From Promethearchaeota archaeon (GTDB lineage Archaea; Asgardarchaeota; Lokiarchaeia; Sigyniarchaeales; SOKP01), in assembly GCA_048941265.1 (NCBI GenBank), contig JBHLNT010000083.1:1-16956 (forward strand): 16,956 nucleotides of DNA, given 5' to 3'. The notes beneath the pieces are model-generated. The model was not told the origin of the DNA. It worked only from the letters and a program-made list of their open reading frames with translations, and searched no databases. A program made the position numbers and the translations under genes. Below, piece by piece: positions 7,678 to 16,735 of the stretch (position 1 is the first letter of the stretch; each line of letters begins with the position of its first letter).

Positions 7678-9033
7678 TTAATTATTTTTTAAAGATTTTA
7701 TTCTTTCTGTGAAAATAGCTTCTGTTGCTTCCATCTCAGAAACACAATTCTTTAAAACTGAAATCCAAAACACAGGGATAAAGATCCAGAATAAAATTGA
7801 AATAGCCATTCCCCAAACAAACCCATAATTATCTGCAATAATAGCTCCGATTAATGGTCCTAACGCCCTACCAAAAATATCAAAAAAATTCGCGCTTGAG
7901 AGTACAGTTCCGCGGTGTTCTGGTAAATTTAAATCTACTACGGTTGCATACCAATTCCCATTTACAGCACCATTAGCGAATAGTCCGATTATAAGAAAGA
8001 TTAACATAATTAGAAATCCCGGAATTAAAAAAATTTCAGCGATAGTGGCATTATTGGGAGCCGTAAACGGAATAATTAAAGCAATGTAAACAAATGGAAT
8101 GGGAATTATGTTTCCTAACAATGCGAGGTTCACTCTCGCCTTTTTATTTCCCTTTTTAAAGTAATTATCCCCCACAAAACCAAAAATGACTGTTCCAATA
8201 AGCGTACTAAGCAAAGTGAAGAGAAGAACAATTAAAGGAATGGTTCCCTTTAGATTATGATAATCCTCCATATACGCAAAAAGCAGAAATAAAATAATCC
8301 CAGTAGGGATGGTATCTACAAAATTGATAATTAACCAAACATTAGACTTCTTTTTAAAAATGATCTTTAAGTCTGAGAATTTTATTCGATAGGTATAATC
8401 AATAGCGTCTTTCTCCAAAATATCAAAATAATCCTTTCCAATCCTTGAAGGTTCTTTAAAGAACAAAATAATAATTGTAACTGTAATTCCTGCAATTCCT
8501 ATGATAAAATACGGAAGTCTCCAATCGGCATAACCCGCATATATTGCCAAGCCTGTGCCTACAAGCATCCCAAATAATGAGGCAATAGAAAAAAAAGATA
8601 AACCTTTGGATCTATCTTCTTTAGAAACAATATCACCAATCAAAGAAAAAGTGCTTGGAATTATCGCTCCAAAACCTATACCGATAAAGATTGTTATCAT
8701 AAAAAACATATAATATCCGTTTATCCCGGGAGGAACCCCAATAGTGAATATTGCAGATATAGAATAAATCATAACCCCAATAAGCAAAATCCATTTTCTT
8801 ATAATTTTATCGGCTAAATAACCGAATATGAGCATAGCTACTCCCGATAAAATGATAAATGAAAAAGCTAAGATTCCTAATGGAGTTATATTTTTTCCAA
8901 ATCCAAAATATTTTGAAATCGTGAGCAAATTGGGAGAAATCATATATTGTGCGGAATTAATTAAAGCAACAATAGTAATAAAAAGAATTAATGATAAGAT
9001 TGAGGTACTTTTAGTTGTTTTTTCCATAATCAT
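7678..9033 (-). CDS. Major facilitator superfamily transporter (some Spinster-like features)
   Basis: About 12 hydrophobic segments. MFS motif A FGYLADKIIRK and its repeat FGFVGD, plus SLIGDIVSKEDRS, WR, KEPSR and LPEHRGT. Start may be 9033 or 9027. Confidence 0.92.
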   Translation of the reverse strand: MIMEKTTKSTSILSLILFITIVALINSAQYMISPNLLTISKYFGFGKNITPLGILAFSFIILSGVAMLIFGYLADKIIRKWILLIGVMIYSISAIFTIGVPPGINGYYMFFMITIFIGIGFGAIIPSTFSLIGDIVSKEDRSKGLSFFSIASLFGMLVGTGLAIYAGYADWRLPYFIIGIAGITVTIIILFFKEPSRIGKDYFDILEKDAIDYTYRIKFSDLKIIFKKKSNVWLIINFVDTIPTGIILFLLFAYMEDYHNLKGTIPLIVLLFTLLSTLIGTVIFGFVGDNYFKKGNKKARVNLALLGNIIPIPFVYIALIIPFTAPNNATIAEIFLIPGFLIMLIFLIIGLFANGAVNGNWYATVVDLNLPEHRGTVLSSANFFDIFGRALGPLIGAIIADNYGFVWGMAISILFWIFIPVFWISVLKNCVSEMEATEAIFTERIKSLKNN

Positions 9034-9094
9034 TATTTAAATATAATTCTATTTAAAATTTCTAATAAAATACAAAAAATCGCTCCAAGATTTT

Positions 9095-9565
9095 CTATTT
9101 TTTGCGTTTCCTTTTTTTGGTTTCTTGTAATTCGAGTAGAACTCCTAATGATTCTTCTGTATCAAAGTGTGCAAAAACTTGTCTCCCTCTTTGCCCACCA
9201 GATATTTGTTCAATGCCTATACTTTTAAAGTATTCAATATAAGATTCTAAATCTTCAATGAACACGCTTATGTGATAAAGTCCCTCCTTTTCCTTTTCAA
9301 GAAACTCTTGATGATAACTTTCTCCTTCAATATGTTGTACGAATTCAAGTTGTAGATCAAAACAACGACTGAAACCTTGAGTGACTGTGACAAAAGTTTC
9401 TTTTCCCCGATAAAAATACTTTATTGTATGAGGGGGAATAAAGGAAAATTTTGGAACACTAAATAAATCTTCCCATATTTTTGCTTGTTTATGAATATCT
9501 TTAAAAAGAAAGCCTAATTGACTGATCTTAAAATTTTTAAAATCTGGTTTGAATTCCTCTGTCAT
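9095..9565 (-). CDS. VOC (glyoxalase / methylmalonyl-CoA epimerase-like) family protein
   Basis: Pattern ISQLGFLFKD...QLEFVQ...EGLYHISVFIED...FDT...GVLLELQE gives a Q/E/H/E metal-ligand set. Confidence 0.85.
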   Translation of the reverse strand: MTEEFKPDFKNFKISQLGFLFKDIHKQAKIWEDLFSVPKFSFIPPHTIKYFYRGKETFVTVTQGFSRCFDLQLEFVQHIEGESYHQEFLEKEKEGLYHISVFIEDLESYIEYFKSIGIEQISGGQRGRQVFAHFDTEESLGVLLELQETKKRKRKK

Positions 9566-9745
9566 ATGAACCTCATCTTGGTAAGTAAAGAAAATATTCT
9601 TTTTGAATATTTATCTTTTATTGTTCGTGTAAATTGGACACTTCCTTAATTGTCAAAAGAATAGAATTTTTATTATTCTTCTTAATCTTTTGATTATCTA
9701 CTCAAAATAATAGATTTTTTAACTTCTCAGTTTTAATATTAACTA

Positions 9746-11149
9746 ATGAAAGTTGCTTTTAACAAAATTGAAATTACGCCGAAAAATTATATCGGCATGC
9801 CTATGGCAGGCTATACCCGACCCGATCCATGTTTAGGCAAGTTAGATGACATATTTGCATATGGGATTTTACTTGAAGCTTCAAATAAAGATAACTCTAA
9901 TAAATTTTTATTGTTAATTTCATTAGATTTATTAAAAGTCCCAATAAGTGTAGCTAATTATCTCAAAATAAGAATAAATAGCATTTTTAAATTCCTAAAT
10001 CCAGAGCAAATTTTGATTCATTGTACCCATACTCATTCTGCTCCTGATTTAACAGGAGAATTTCAATTTCCGGGAGGCATGTTCAATGCAATAAAAGGAA
10101 TTATGTTCGGTATGAATAGAAATGACAATTATGTTATCTTTTTTGTAAATAAAGTAGTAAAAATGGTCCAAAAATTATTTAATAAATTAACAACTTGTAA
10201 AATGGCTTGGAAGAAAAAACCTTATAATCCAGATTTAGTTATAAATCGAAGACATCCATCCAAAAGGTCCATACCAGAATTGGGAGTTATTGCATTTCGT
10301 AGAATTGACAATAATGAAATGATAGGCTTTATTATAAATTATGCCTGCCATCCAACAACTTTACCCGGAGCGAATAATAAAATGTCGGCAGAATATCCGG
10401 GCAGAATTATCGAGAAAATAAATAAATTAACAAATAACGGAATAGACGTTGCCTATCTTAACGGCCCCTCAGCAGATTTAAATCCTATTACCACATGCGG
10501 TACAGATTATGACAGATTAGAAAGTACAGGAAAAGAAGGTAGAAAAAAAATGTATGGTCAATCTGGTACTTATGAGGATACGATAAGAATAGGGAATATT
10601 ATAGCAAAAGAAGCCTTAAAATTGGCTCAATCTATAAAAAACGAGGAATATATTGAAGAATTGGAATTTCTTGCTGAGTTGAGACATTTTTGGATCCCTT
10701 TTAAAAATTATAAATACTTCGGACCAACTTGGATTCAAAATGAATTAGGGTACTCAATTAAAAAATACATCATTATTCCTATAACAAAAATTTTGAGTGA
10801 AAATGCCAATTTTCCAGCATTCACTATTAAACGTAAACCAATTCGAATCCATTGTTATTCTGTTATACAATATATAAAATTAAAATCAAGAACAAGAGAA
10901 AAGAACTTAAGTATTTTGACTGTTCCGGGAGAATTATTTGAAGATCTTGGAAAAATTTTACTCTATAAATCTCCTACAGGAAAAGACAATACTTTCATAT
11001 TCCAAAATGCAAACGATTGGATTGCGTATTTATTCTCACCTAAAGAATATATTGAATATGGTGGGTATGAACCGGTTGCGAGTTTCAGTCCGAAATGTGG
11101 TGAATTCGTGATTAATGAAATGATAAAGCTTCTAAATGAAGCTTATTGA
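9746..11149 (+). CDS. Neutral/alkaline ceramidase-family Zn amidohydrolase (catalytic N-terminal domain only; substrate unproven)
   Basis: Motifs EITP...MAGY.R...G..D, CTHTHSAP, NRR, NYACHPT, PGE, AND..AY and GGYE match the metal-binding and catalytic residue pattern of the family. No signal peptide. Confidence 0.85.
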   Translation: MKVAFNKIEITPKNYIGMPMAGYTRPDPCLGKLDDIFAYGILLEASNKDNSNKFLLLISLDLLKVPISVANYLKIRINSIFKFLNPEQILIHCTHTHSAPDLTGEFQFPGGMFNAIKGIMFGMNRNDNYVIFFVNKVVKMVQKLFNKLTTCKMAWKKKPYNPDLVINRRHPSKRSIPELGVIAFRRIDNNEMIGFIINYACHPTTLPGANNKMSAEYPGRIIEKINKLTNNGIDVAYLNGPSADLNPITTCGTDYDRLESTGKEGRKKMYGQSGTYEDTIRIGNIIAKEALKLAQSIKNEEYIEELEFLAELRHFWIPFKNYKYFGPTWIQNELGYSIKKYIIIPITKILSENANFPAFTIKRKPIRIHCYSVIQYIKLKSRTREKNLSILTVPGELFEDLGKILLYKSPTGKDNTFIFQNANDWIAYLFSPKEYIEYGGYEPVASFSPKCGEFVINEMIKLLNEAY

Positions 11150-11219
11150 AAGTGTAAGTTTAAAGAATTTATAGAAGAAAGTATAATTTTATTCTATTGA
11201 TTGAACTAGTATATCTTTA

Positions 11220-12026
11220 TTATCGAAAATTTCGAATATATTTAGCAATTTTATCAACCGTAGAGACCCAAATCCCATTTGAAGGATCTTTAAAATATTC
11301 ACATAATTTTTCTAGGACTGATATGAAAGTTGCTTCAGCACCACTTTCTTTAATTTTATGTCCAACAAGGATTAGCCATTGACCAAGCTTTTTCGTATAA
11401 TCTATAAGTTTAATTAATTCATCAAATGTTTTTCCATCGCTTCCAATACCTAGAAGCTGGGAAAAATCACAAAACAAAGGATCATTTGAGCTTTCATCGA
11501 GGTATCCACGACCAGTGAAAAATTTCTTAGCAATTAAAGGGACATAACTTTTAACATTAATTCCCCGTCCAATAAATTTTTGTCCACAAGGGTAAGCAAA
11601 ATTACGCGGGACAATATCTAAAAGAGAATTGATATAATCATTCGCCTTATCCAATTCATTTTCAATTTGCTCAAGGGTGAAATTCTCTAGAGCATTATTT
11701 TTGGAAAAAAGATAATTACCGGTGCAAGGATGACTCATTGTATGGTTACCGATTTCATGTCCTCTTTTTAATGCATCTTTCCAGGCTGTAATACGCCTTT
11801 TTAAATGGTATGGAGAAACATAAAAGGTTACATTTATTTTATATTTATTAAATAGAGGAAATCCATTTGTGATTTGGCTGATGAAGCCATCATCAAAAGT
11901 TAAGCTCACTGCACATTTAGTACCATCCGGCCAATAAAAGCTTTGTTTTAATTTATTTTGCTTAAGATTTTTATCAGTCAATATGATTCTCTTTTTAAAA
12001 TTAGTATGAAAATAAAATATGAACAA
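11220..12026 (-). CDS. Polysaccharide deacetylase family (CE4 / NodB homology) protein
   Basis: Motifs SLTFDDG, HEIGNHTMSH, FAYPCG and LVGH. Start uncertain: TTG 12026 or in-frame TTG 11981. Confidence 0.88.
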   Translation of the reverse strand: MFIFYFHTNFKKRIILTDKNLKQNKLKQSFYWPDGTKCAVSLTFDDGFISQITNGFPLFNKYKINVTFYVSPYHLKRRITAWKDALKRGHEIGNHTMSHPCTGNYLFSKNNALENFTLEQIENELDKANDYINSLLDIVPRNFAYPCGQKFIGRGINVKSYVPLIAKKFFTGRGYLDESSNDPLFCDFSQLLGIGSDGKTFDELIKLIDYTKKLGQWLILVGHKIKESGAEATFISVLEKLCEYFKDPSNGIWVSTVDKIAKYIRNFR

Positions 12027-12200
12027 TTGGATTTAAAAGATTATTATTATAAATTTAACTGAGCTTTTTTTAATTGAATTTCAAATTTAGGGTAAATTTA
12101 GTATTAAGGAGAGGAAAATTAAAGAGATGTCAAGTTCTAAACACTTTTTTTAATTATTCTTAATTTTTAATCTCAATAAAAAACATATCGTGTTCAATTA

Positions 12201-13406
12201 ATGTCATTTAAACGAGAAGCAAAAGAAAATTTTCCCGCATGGCCTATTTATGATAAGTCAGAAGTAGATGCCTTAAAAAAGGTCGTAACTTCTGGTAAAT
12301 GGTGGTGCGGAGCGCCTGGACTTCATCAAGGAGAAAATGTCTGGAGATTTCAAGAACAATTTGCCAAATTTCAAGGAGCTAAACATTGTGTTGCGGTATT
12401 TAATGGAACAGTTGCGATTGAAGTCTCGTTATTAGCCTTAGGAATAGGACTTGGTGATGAGGTAATTGTTTCGGATTATACATTTGTAGCATCTGCCTCT
12501 GCTGTGGTTGCTACTAATGCAGTCCCTATTTTTTGTGATATTAATCCGAATACACTTGTGATGGATGTAAATAAAGTTGAAGATTTAATTACAGAAAGAA
12601 CAAGAGCAATCATTCCCGTTCATTTAGGGGGTAATCCCGTTGAAATGGATAAATTGATAGAAATTGCGGATAAATATAATTTAAAAGTGGTCGAAGACTG
12701 TGCTCATGCTCATAGATCAAAATATCAAGGAAAATATGTAGGAAATTGGGGTCACGCTGGTGCATTTAGCTTTCAAGCTTCAAAAGTATTAACTGCTGGA
12801 GAGGGCGGTGCTATAATAACTAATGATGATGTCTTAGCAGATCTGATGTACTCCATCTCAGATTGTGGAAGAAAAAAGAACGAATACGGCTACAGTCATT
12901 ATATCTATGGTACAAATTATCGGATGTCCGAATATCAAGCAGCTGTTCTTTTGGAACAAATGAAAAAATTTCCAGATCAACATAAACTAAGAAATGAAAA
13001 TGCCAAATATTTCATGGAAAAACTAAACGCAATAGATGGTATTCGAGTAATGAAACCCACTCCTGGAACAGAAGAATTAGGTTATTATGTGTACCCCATA
13101 GTTTTCGAACCAGAAAAATTTGGGGGTATAACAAGAATAGAATTTTATAAAAAACTCAATCGAAATGGTATCCCCACAGATGATTGTTATCCTCCATTAC
13201 ACGGTTTGCATTGCTTTAAAAACGTAGATCTACGTAAGGGAATAGATTATTCAGATGCAAACTGGGGAGGTGAAAAAAGTGGCGATAAAAATTTCCCTAT
13301 TGTCTCTGATATATATTCCCGGAGTATTGAATTCCCCCATGAGATGCTGTTGGCATCAAAAAACAAACTTGATGATGTTGTTGATTTTATTAAGGGTTTA
13401 AAATAA
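12201..13406 (+). CDS. DegT/DnrJ/EryC1/StrS PLP-dependent sugar aminotransferase, RifK (AHBA synthase)/BtrR-like subtype
   Basis: Motifs FPAWPIYD...GKWW, NGT, GDEVIV, TFVASA, IIPVHLGG, EDCAHAH, FSFQASK (PLP Lys), TAGEGG and GTNYRMSEYQAA. Confidence 0.92.
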   Translation: MSFKREAKENFPAWPIYDKSEVDALKKVVTSGKWWCGAPGLHQGENVWRFQEQFAKFQGAKHCVAVFNGTVAIEVSLLALGIGLGDEVIVSDYTFVASASAVVATNAVPIFCDINPNTLVMDVNKVEDLITERTRAIIPVHLGGNPVEMDKLIEIADKYNLKVVEDCAHAHRSKYQGKYVGNWGHAGAFSFQASKVLTAGEGGAIITNDDVLADLMYSISDCGRKKNEYGYSHYIYGTNYRMSEYQAAVLLEQMKKFPDQHKLRNENAKYFMEKLNAIDGIRVMKPTPGTEELGYYVYPIVFEPEKFGGITRIEFYKKLNRNGIPTDDCYPPLHGLHCFKNVDLRKGIDYSDANWGGEKSGDKNFPIVSDIYSRSIEFPHEMLLASKNKLDDVVDFIKGLK

Positions 13407-13521
13407 AGTAAGCAGTTTTAATCTTATTTTTAATGGTTAAATTTTTATCTTAATTACTAAATTTTTTTTGCATTTTAATATTTTCATGTCTATAATATTA
13501 AATTCTTAAAAACGAAGTAAA

Positions 13522-15399
13522 ATGAATGATCAAGAATCAGAAATATCATTATCTGGTCAAGAAGGAGATATTAAAAAACCGTATGTGATATCCAGAGAAG
13601 AATATAAAAGCAAAATCCAACCATCATGGAATGAGAAGACTCCATTGATATTAGAAGGAGCAGTATGGATGGTAGAGCATCCTCCCGAAGCGAATTATTC
13701 TATAGGACTTCGAATTGAAGAACACGCAGTTGAATTTCCAGATAAATTGGCTTTACTATATGAAGATGAGAGATATACTCATAAAGAGTTTAATGAGCGA
13801 ATTAACTGTTATGCAAATTATTTTCTTGAATTCGGCTTAAAAAAAGGGGATGAGGCTGTTGTATTTGTAGAAAATCGTTCGGACTATATGTTTATAATTG
13901 TGGCATTAGGTAAATTAGGAGTCATATCTTCATTGATCAATACCAATCTACGTCAAAAACCACTTATTCATAGCATGCGGCATACTCCAGGAAAAATTTA
14001 CATAATTGGAGAGGAACTATTTCAAGCGTTTGAAGATATCAGGTCGCAACTTAATTTAACTGAGGAGCAAAAACAAAACCTCTTTTTCTTACCTGACAGA
14101 GGAGAATTGAATACACCCGAGGGATATATCAATCTTAAGGAACAAGTTAAGGATTACGATACAAAAAATCCCCCAACTACTTCAGAGATTATAATGGATG
14201 ATCCATTTGTCTACATTTTTACATCGGGTACAACAGGTTTACCAAAAGCTGCAATTTTGAAACATCGGTCAATTTTAGCAGCAATGAGCTGGTGGGGTGC
14301 AATGGTGGTTGGAATGAAAACTGACGATATTATTTATATCACAACTCCATTATTCCACTCGCATGGTATAAAAGTAGCTTTTGCCGCAGCGCTTTATAGA
14401 GGATCTGGCATGGCAATTGCGAGAAAATTCAGTGCTAGTAGATTTTGGGATGAGGTCAGAAAATTCAATGCTAACTGTTTCAATTATGTAGGTGAGATAT
14501 GCAGATATTTGTATAATCAACCTCCAGAACCTAACGATGGAGATAATCCAATCGTAAAAATAGTGGGAAATGGGCTTAGGCCGGATATTTGGATGGATTT
14601 TAAAAAACGGTTTAATATTCAGGAACTAAGAGAATTCTATGGAGCGACAGAAGATTTTATACCTAATTTTGCAAATATCCATAATATAGATAAAACATGC
14701 GGAGTATGTTTAACTCCATATGCCATTGTTAAATATGATATTGAACAAGATGAACCGTATAGAACTGAGAAAGGTCGTATGAAAAAGGTAAAAATAGGTG
14801 AAGTTGGGCTTCTATTGGGACAAATTATAGAACCTGAAAATTTTTATATGTATAAAGATCAAGAAGCGACGGAAAAAAAAGTATTTCGAGATGTTTTTAG
14901 AAAAGGAGATATGTATATCAATACAGGAGATCTTATAAGAGATATCGGTTATGGACATGTACAATTTGTTGACCGCTTAGGTGATACATTTAGATGGAAA
15001 GGTGAAAATGTCTCTACGGAAGAAGTCGAATCGGTAATTAATACTTTCGAGCAAATTGATATGTGCTCCGTATACGGAGTTTTAATCCCATATACAGAGG
15101 GTCGTGCAGGTATGGCATCACTTCACAGAAGTAATAATGAAGAGTTCAAGTTTAAAGACTTCTTGAGATTTTTGCAAAAATATTTACCACATTACGCAGT
15201 TCCAAAATTTATTCGATTTATTGATGAATTTAGTTTTACCGCTACACATAAGATTCAAAAAGTAAAACTGAAAAATGAGGGTTATAATATCAATGAATTT
15301 AATGATCCAATATATGTCCTTTTACCGGAAAGTTCAGAATATATTCCTTTGACAAGAGAAATCTATGAAGGAATTAATAAAGGGAAATTTTTGTTTTAA
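13522..15399 (+). CDS. Long/very-long-chain acyl-CoA synthetase, FATP/SLC27 (FadD6-like) subfamily
   Basis: AMP-binding motif YIFTSGTTGLPKAA. FATP signatures NYVGEICRYL, GNGLRPDIW, EFYGATE, DVFRKGD.Y.NTGDL, FVDRLGDTFRWKGENVST.EVE and GRAGMA. Confidence 0.95.
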   Translation: MNDQESEISLSGQEGDIKKPYVISREEYKSKIQPSWNEKTPLILEGAVWMVEHPPEANYSIGLRIEEHAVEFPDKLALLYEDERYTHKEFNERINCYANYFLEFGLKKGDEAVVFVENRSDYMFIIVALGKLGVISSLINTNLRQKPLIHSMRHTPGKIYIIGEELFQAFEDIRSQLNLTEEQKQNLFFLPDRGELNTPEGYINLKEQVKDYDTKNPPTTSEIIMDDPFVYIFTSGTTGLPKAAILKHRSILAAMSWWGAMVVGMKTDDIIYITTPLFHSHGIKVAFAAALYRGSGMAIARKFSASRFWDEVRKFNANCFNYVGEICRYLYNQPPEPNDGDNPIVKIVGNGLRPDIWMDFKKRFNIQELREFYGATEDFIPNFANIHNIDKTCGVCLTPYAIVKYDIEQDEPYRTEKGRMKKVKIGEVGLLLGQIIEPENFYMYKDQEATEKKVFRDVFRKGDMYINTGDLIRDIGYGHVQFVDRLGDTFRWKGENVSTEEVESVINTFEQIDMCSVYGVLIPYTEGRAGMASLHRSNNEEFKFKDFLRFLQKYLPHYAVPKFIRFIDEFSFTATHKIQKVKLKNEGYNINEFNDPIYVLLPESSEYIPLTREIYEGINKGKFLF

Positions 15400-15407
15400 T
15401 TGAAAAA

Positions 15408-16463
15408 TTAATAATTTACTTCTTCTATTTTTTTAGTATGAGCGCTTTTATACATAGCTTCCACGATTGTTAATACTTTTTGACCATATTTTCCATCCGT
15501 TAAGGGTTGTGTATTTTCAATAATGCAATCAATAAAATGTTTAATTTCCTGAGGATAGCCAAAATTCCATGCTTCAGCAGGAACTGGAAAAGTCCATCCC
15601 GCAGTAGTACTGGCTTTTTCAACCGCATATCCATAACCTTTTTCACTATATACACTGATTAGATTGCTAAACGTGGGAGCTACTTTAATTTGACCCTCAG
15701 TTCCAAATAATTCAAAACGCATATCATACCCCCCTGGCGCTGTCCAGGATTCTTCTATTACTATTTGAGCATCATTTTCAAAATAAATTACCCCGATAGC
15801 GTTATCTTCCACTTCGCATGTACCGAAATCCCCTCTCTCCGGGACAATATTCTTAATCTGGCAGAATACTTCTTTAACGTCACAATCTAAATACCAAACC
15901 AAACAAGCAATATCATGTATTCCAAGATCTATTAACGCTCCCCCTCCCGCTTTATCTTTCTTATAAAACCAGACGGAATGGGGACCTGAATGCTGTTCTT
16001 TACCTCTTCCCATATATATTCGTCCTAATCCACCTTCTTCAATAATATCTTTCACTTTACTAAAAGTAGGAGCATACATATTATTTTCACAGTAAAATAT
16101 TTTTTTATTTGCTGATTTGGCGGCATCGAGCATCTCATTTCCCTCTGAGACATATCGAGCTAGAGGTTTCTCTACAAAAGCGTGTTTCCCTGCTTTAAGT
16201 ATATCAATGGTAACATCTTTATGCAAAAAATTCGGCAGGCAAACAGAGATCGCATCGCACTCAAATTTCAATAAATCATGATAGTCTTTAAGGGGTTCTC
16301 CAGGGATTTTGTATTTTTTCATTAGATCCTTTGCTTGATCTTCTAAAAGAGAAGATAAAGCTACGATTTCAACATTAGGTAATAAGCTATAAGAATAACA
16401 GTGATGCTCCGCAATGAATCCGGAACCAATTATCCCAACTTTAACATCTTTCATTTTTTCCAC
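15408..16463 (-). CDS. Gfo/Idh/MocA family NAD(P)-dependent oxidoreductase
   Basis: Rossmann motif VGIIGSGFIA, PNFLH, VEKPLA and GGGALIDLGIH. Start GTG 16463 or ATG 16454. Confidence 0.93.
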   Translation of the reverse strand: MEKMKDVKVGIIGSGFIAEHHCYSYSLLPNVEIVALSSLLEDQAKDLMKKYKIPGEPLKDYHDLLKFECDAISVCLPNFLHKDVTIDILKAGKHAFVEKPLARYVSEGNEMLDAAKSANKKIFYCENNMYAPTFSKVKDIIEEGGLGRIYMGRGKEQHSGPHSVWFYKKDKAGGGALIDLGIHDIACLVWYLDCDVKEVFCQIKNIVPERGDFGTCEVEDNAIGVIYFENDAQIVIEESWTAPGGYDMRFELFGTEGQIKVAPTFSNLISVYSEKGYGYAVEKASTTAGWTFPVPAEAWNFGYPQEIKHFIDCIIENTQPLTDGKYGQKVLTIVEAMYKSAHTKKIEEVNY

Positions 16464-16735
16464 TTCTTTTTTTTTCTCGATAATTTATTTTTTCTCGTAT
16501 TATATTTTTAATTATTACAGCAAAACTTTTATCCCATATCGAAAGAAAAATCATTTGGTTATTCTTTTTAAAAAGCTGATAATTAGTATCATCAATTTTA
16601 TAGGGTCTACTTATTGTCATCATTTAAAATTCTATTACAAAAAATAAAAAGCTTAACTATACTAGTAAGAATATATTATTTTAGATTGCTGTAAAAGGAG
16701 AATTATCATATATTTAATATTTGAGAGTTTTAAAA

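Noticed and set aside
6587-11382. ORFs 6587..6868 (-), 8828..9040 (+) and 11197..11382 (+)
   Set aside because: Short, antisense to well-supported genes, and without motifs.
4783-13406. Aminoglycoside (2-deoxystreptamine) biosynthesis cluster with 4783..5826 as BtrC-like cyclase
   Set aside because: The protein shows G1PDH-type GSEH/HG motifs rather than dehydroquinate/DOI synthase motifs, and there are no glycosyltransferases.
16414-16647. ORFs 16414..16647 (+) and 16441..16623 (-)
   Set aside because: Low-complexity translations of AT-rich divergent intergenic DNA that overlap the oxidoreductase start.
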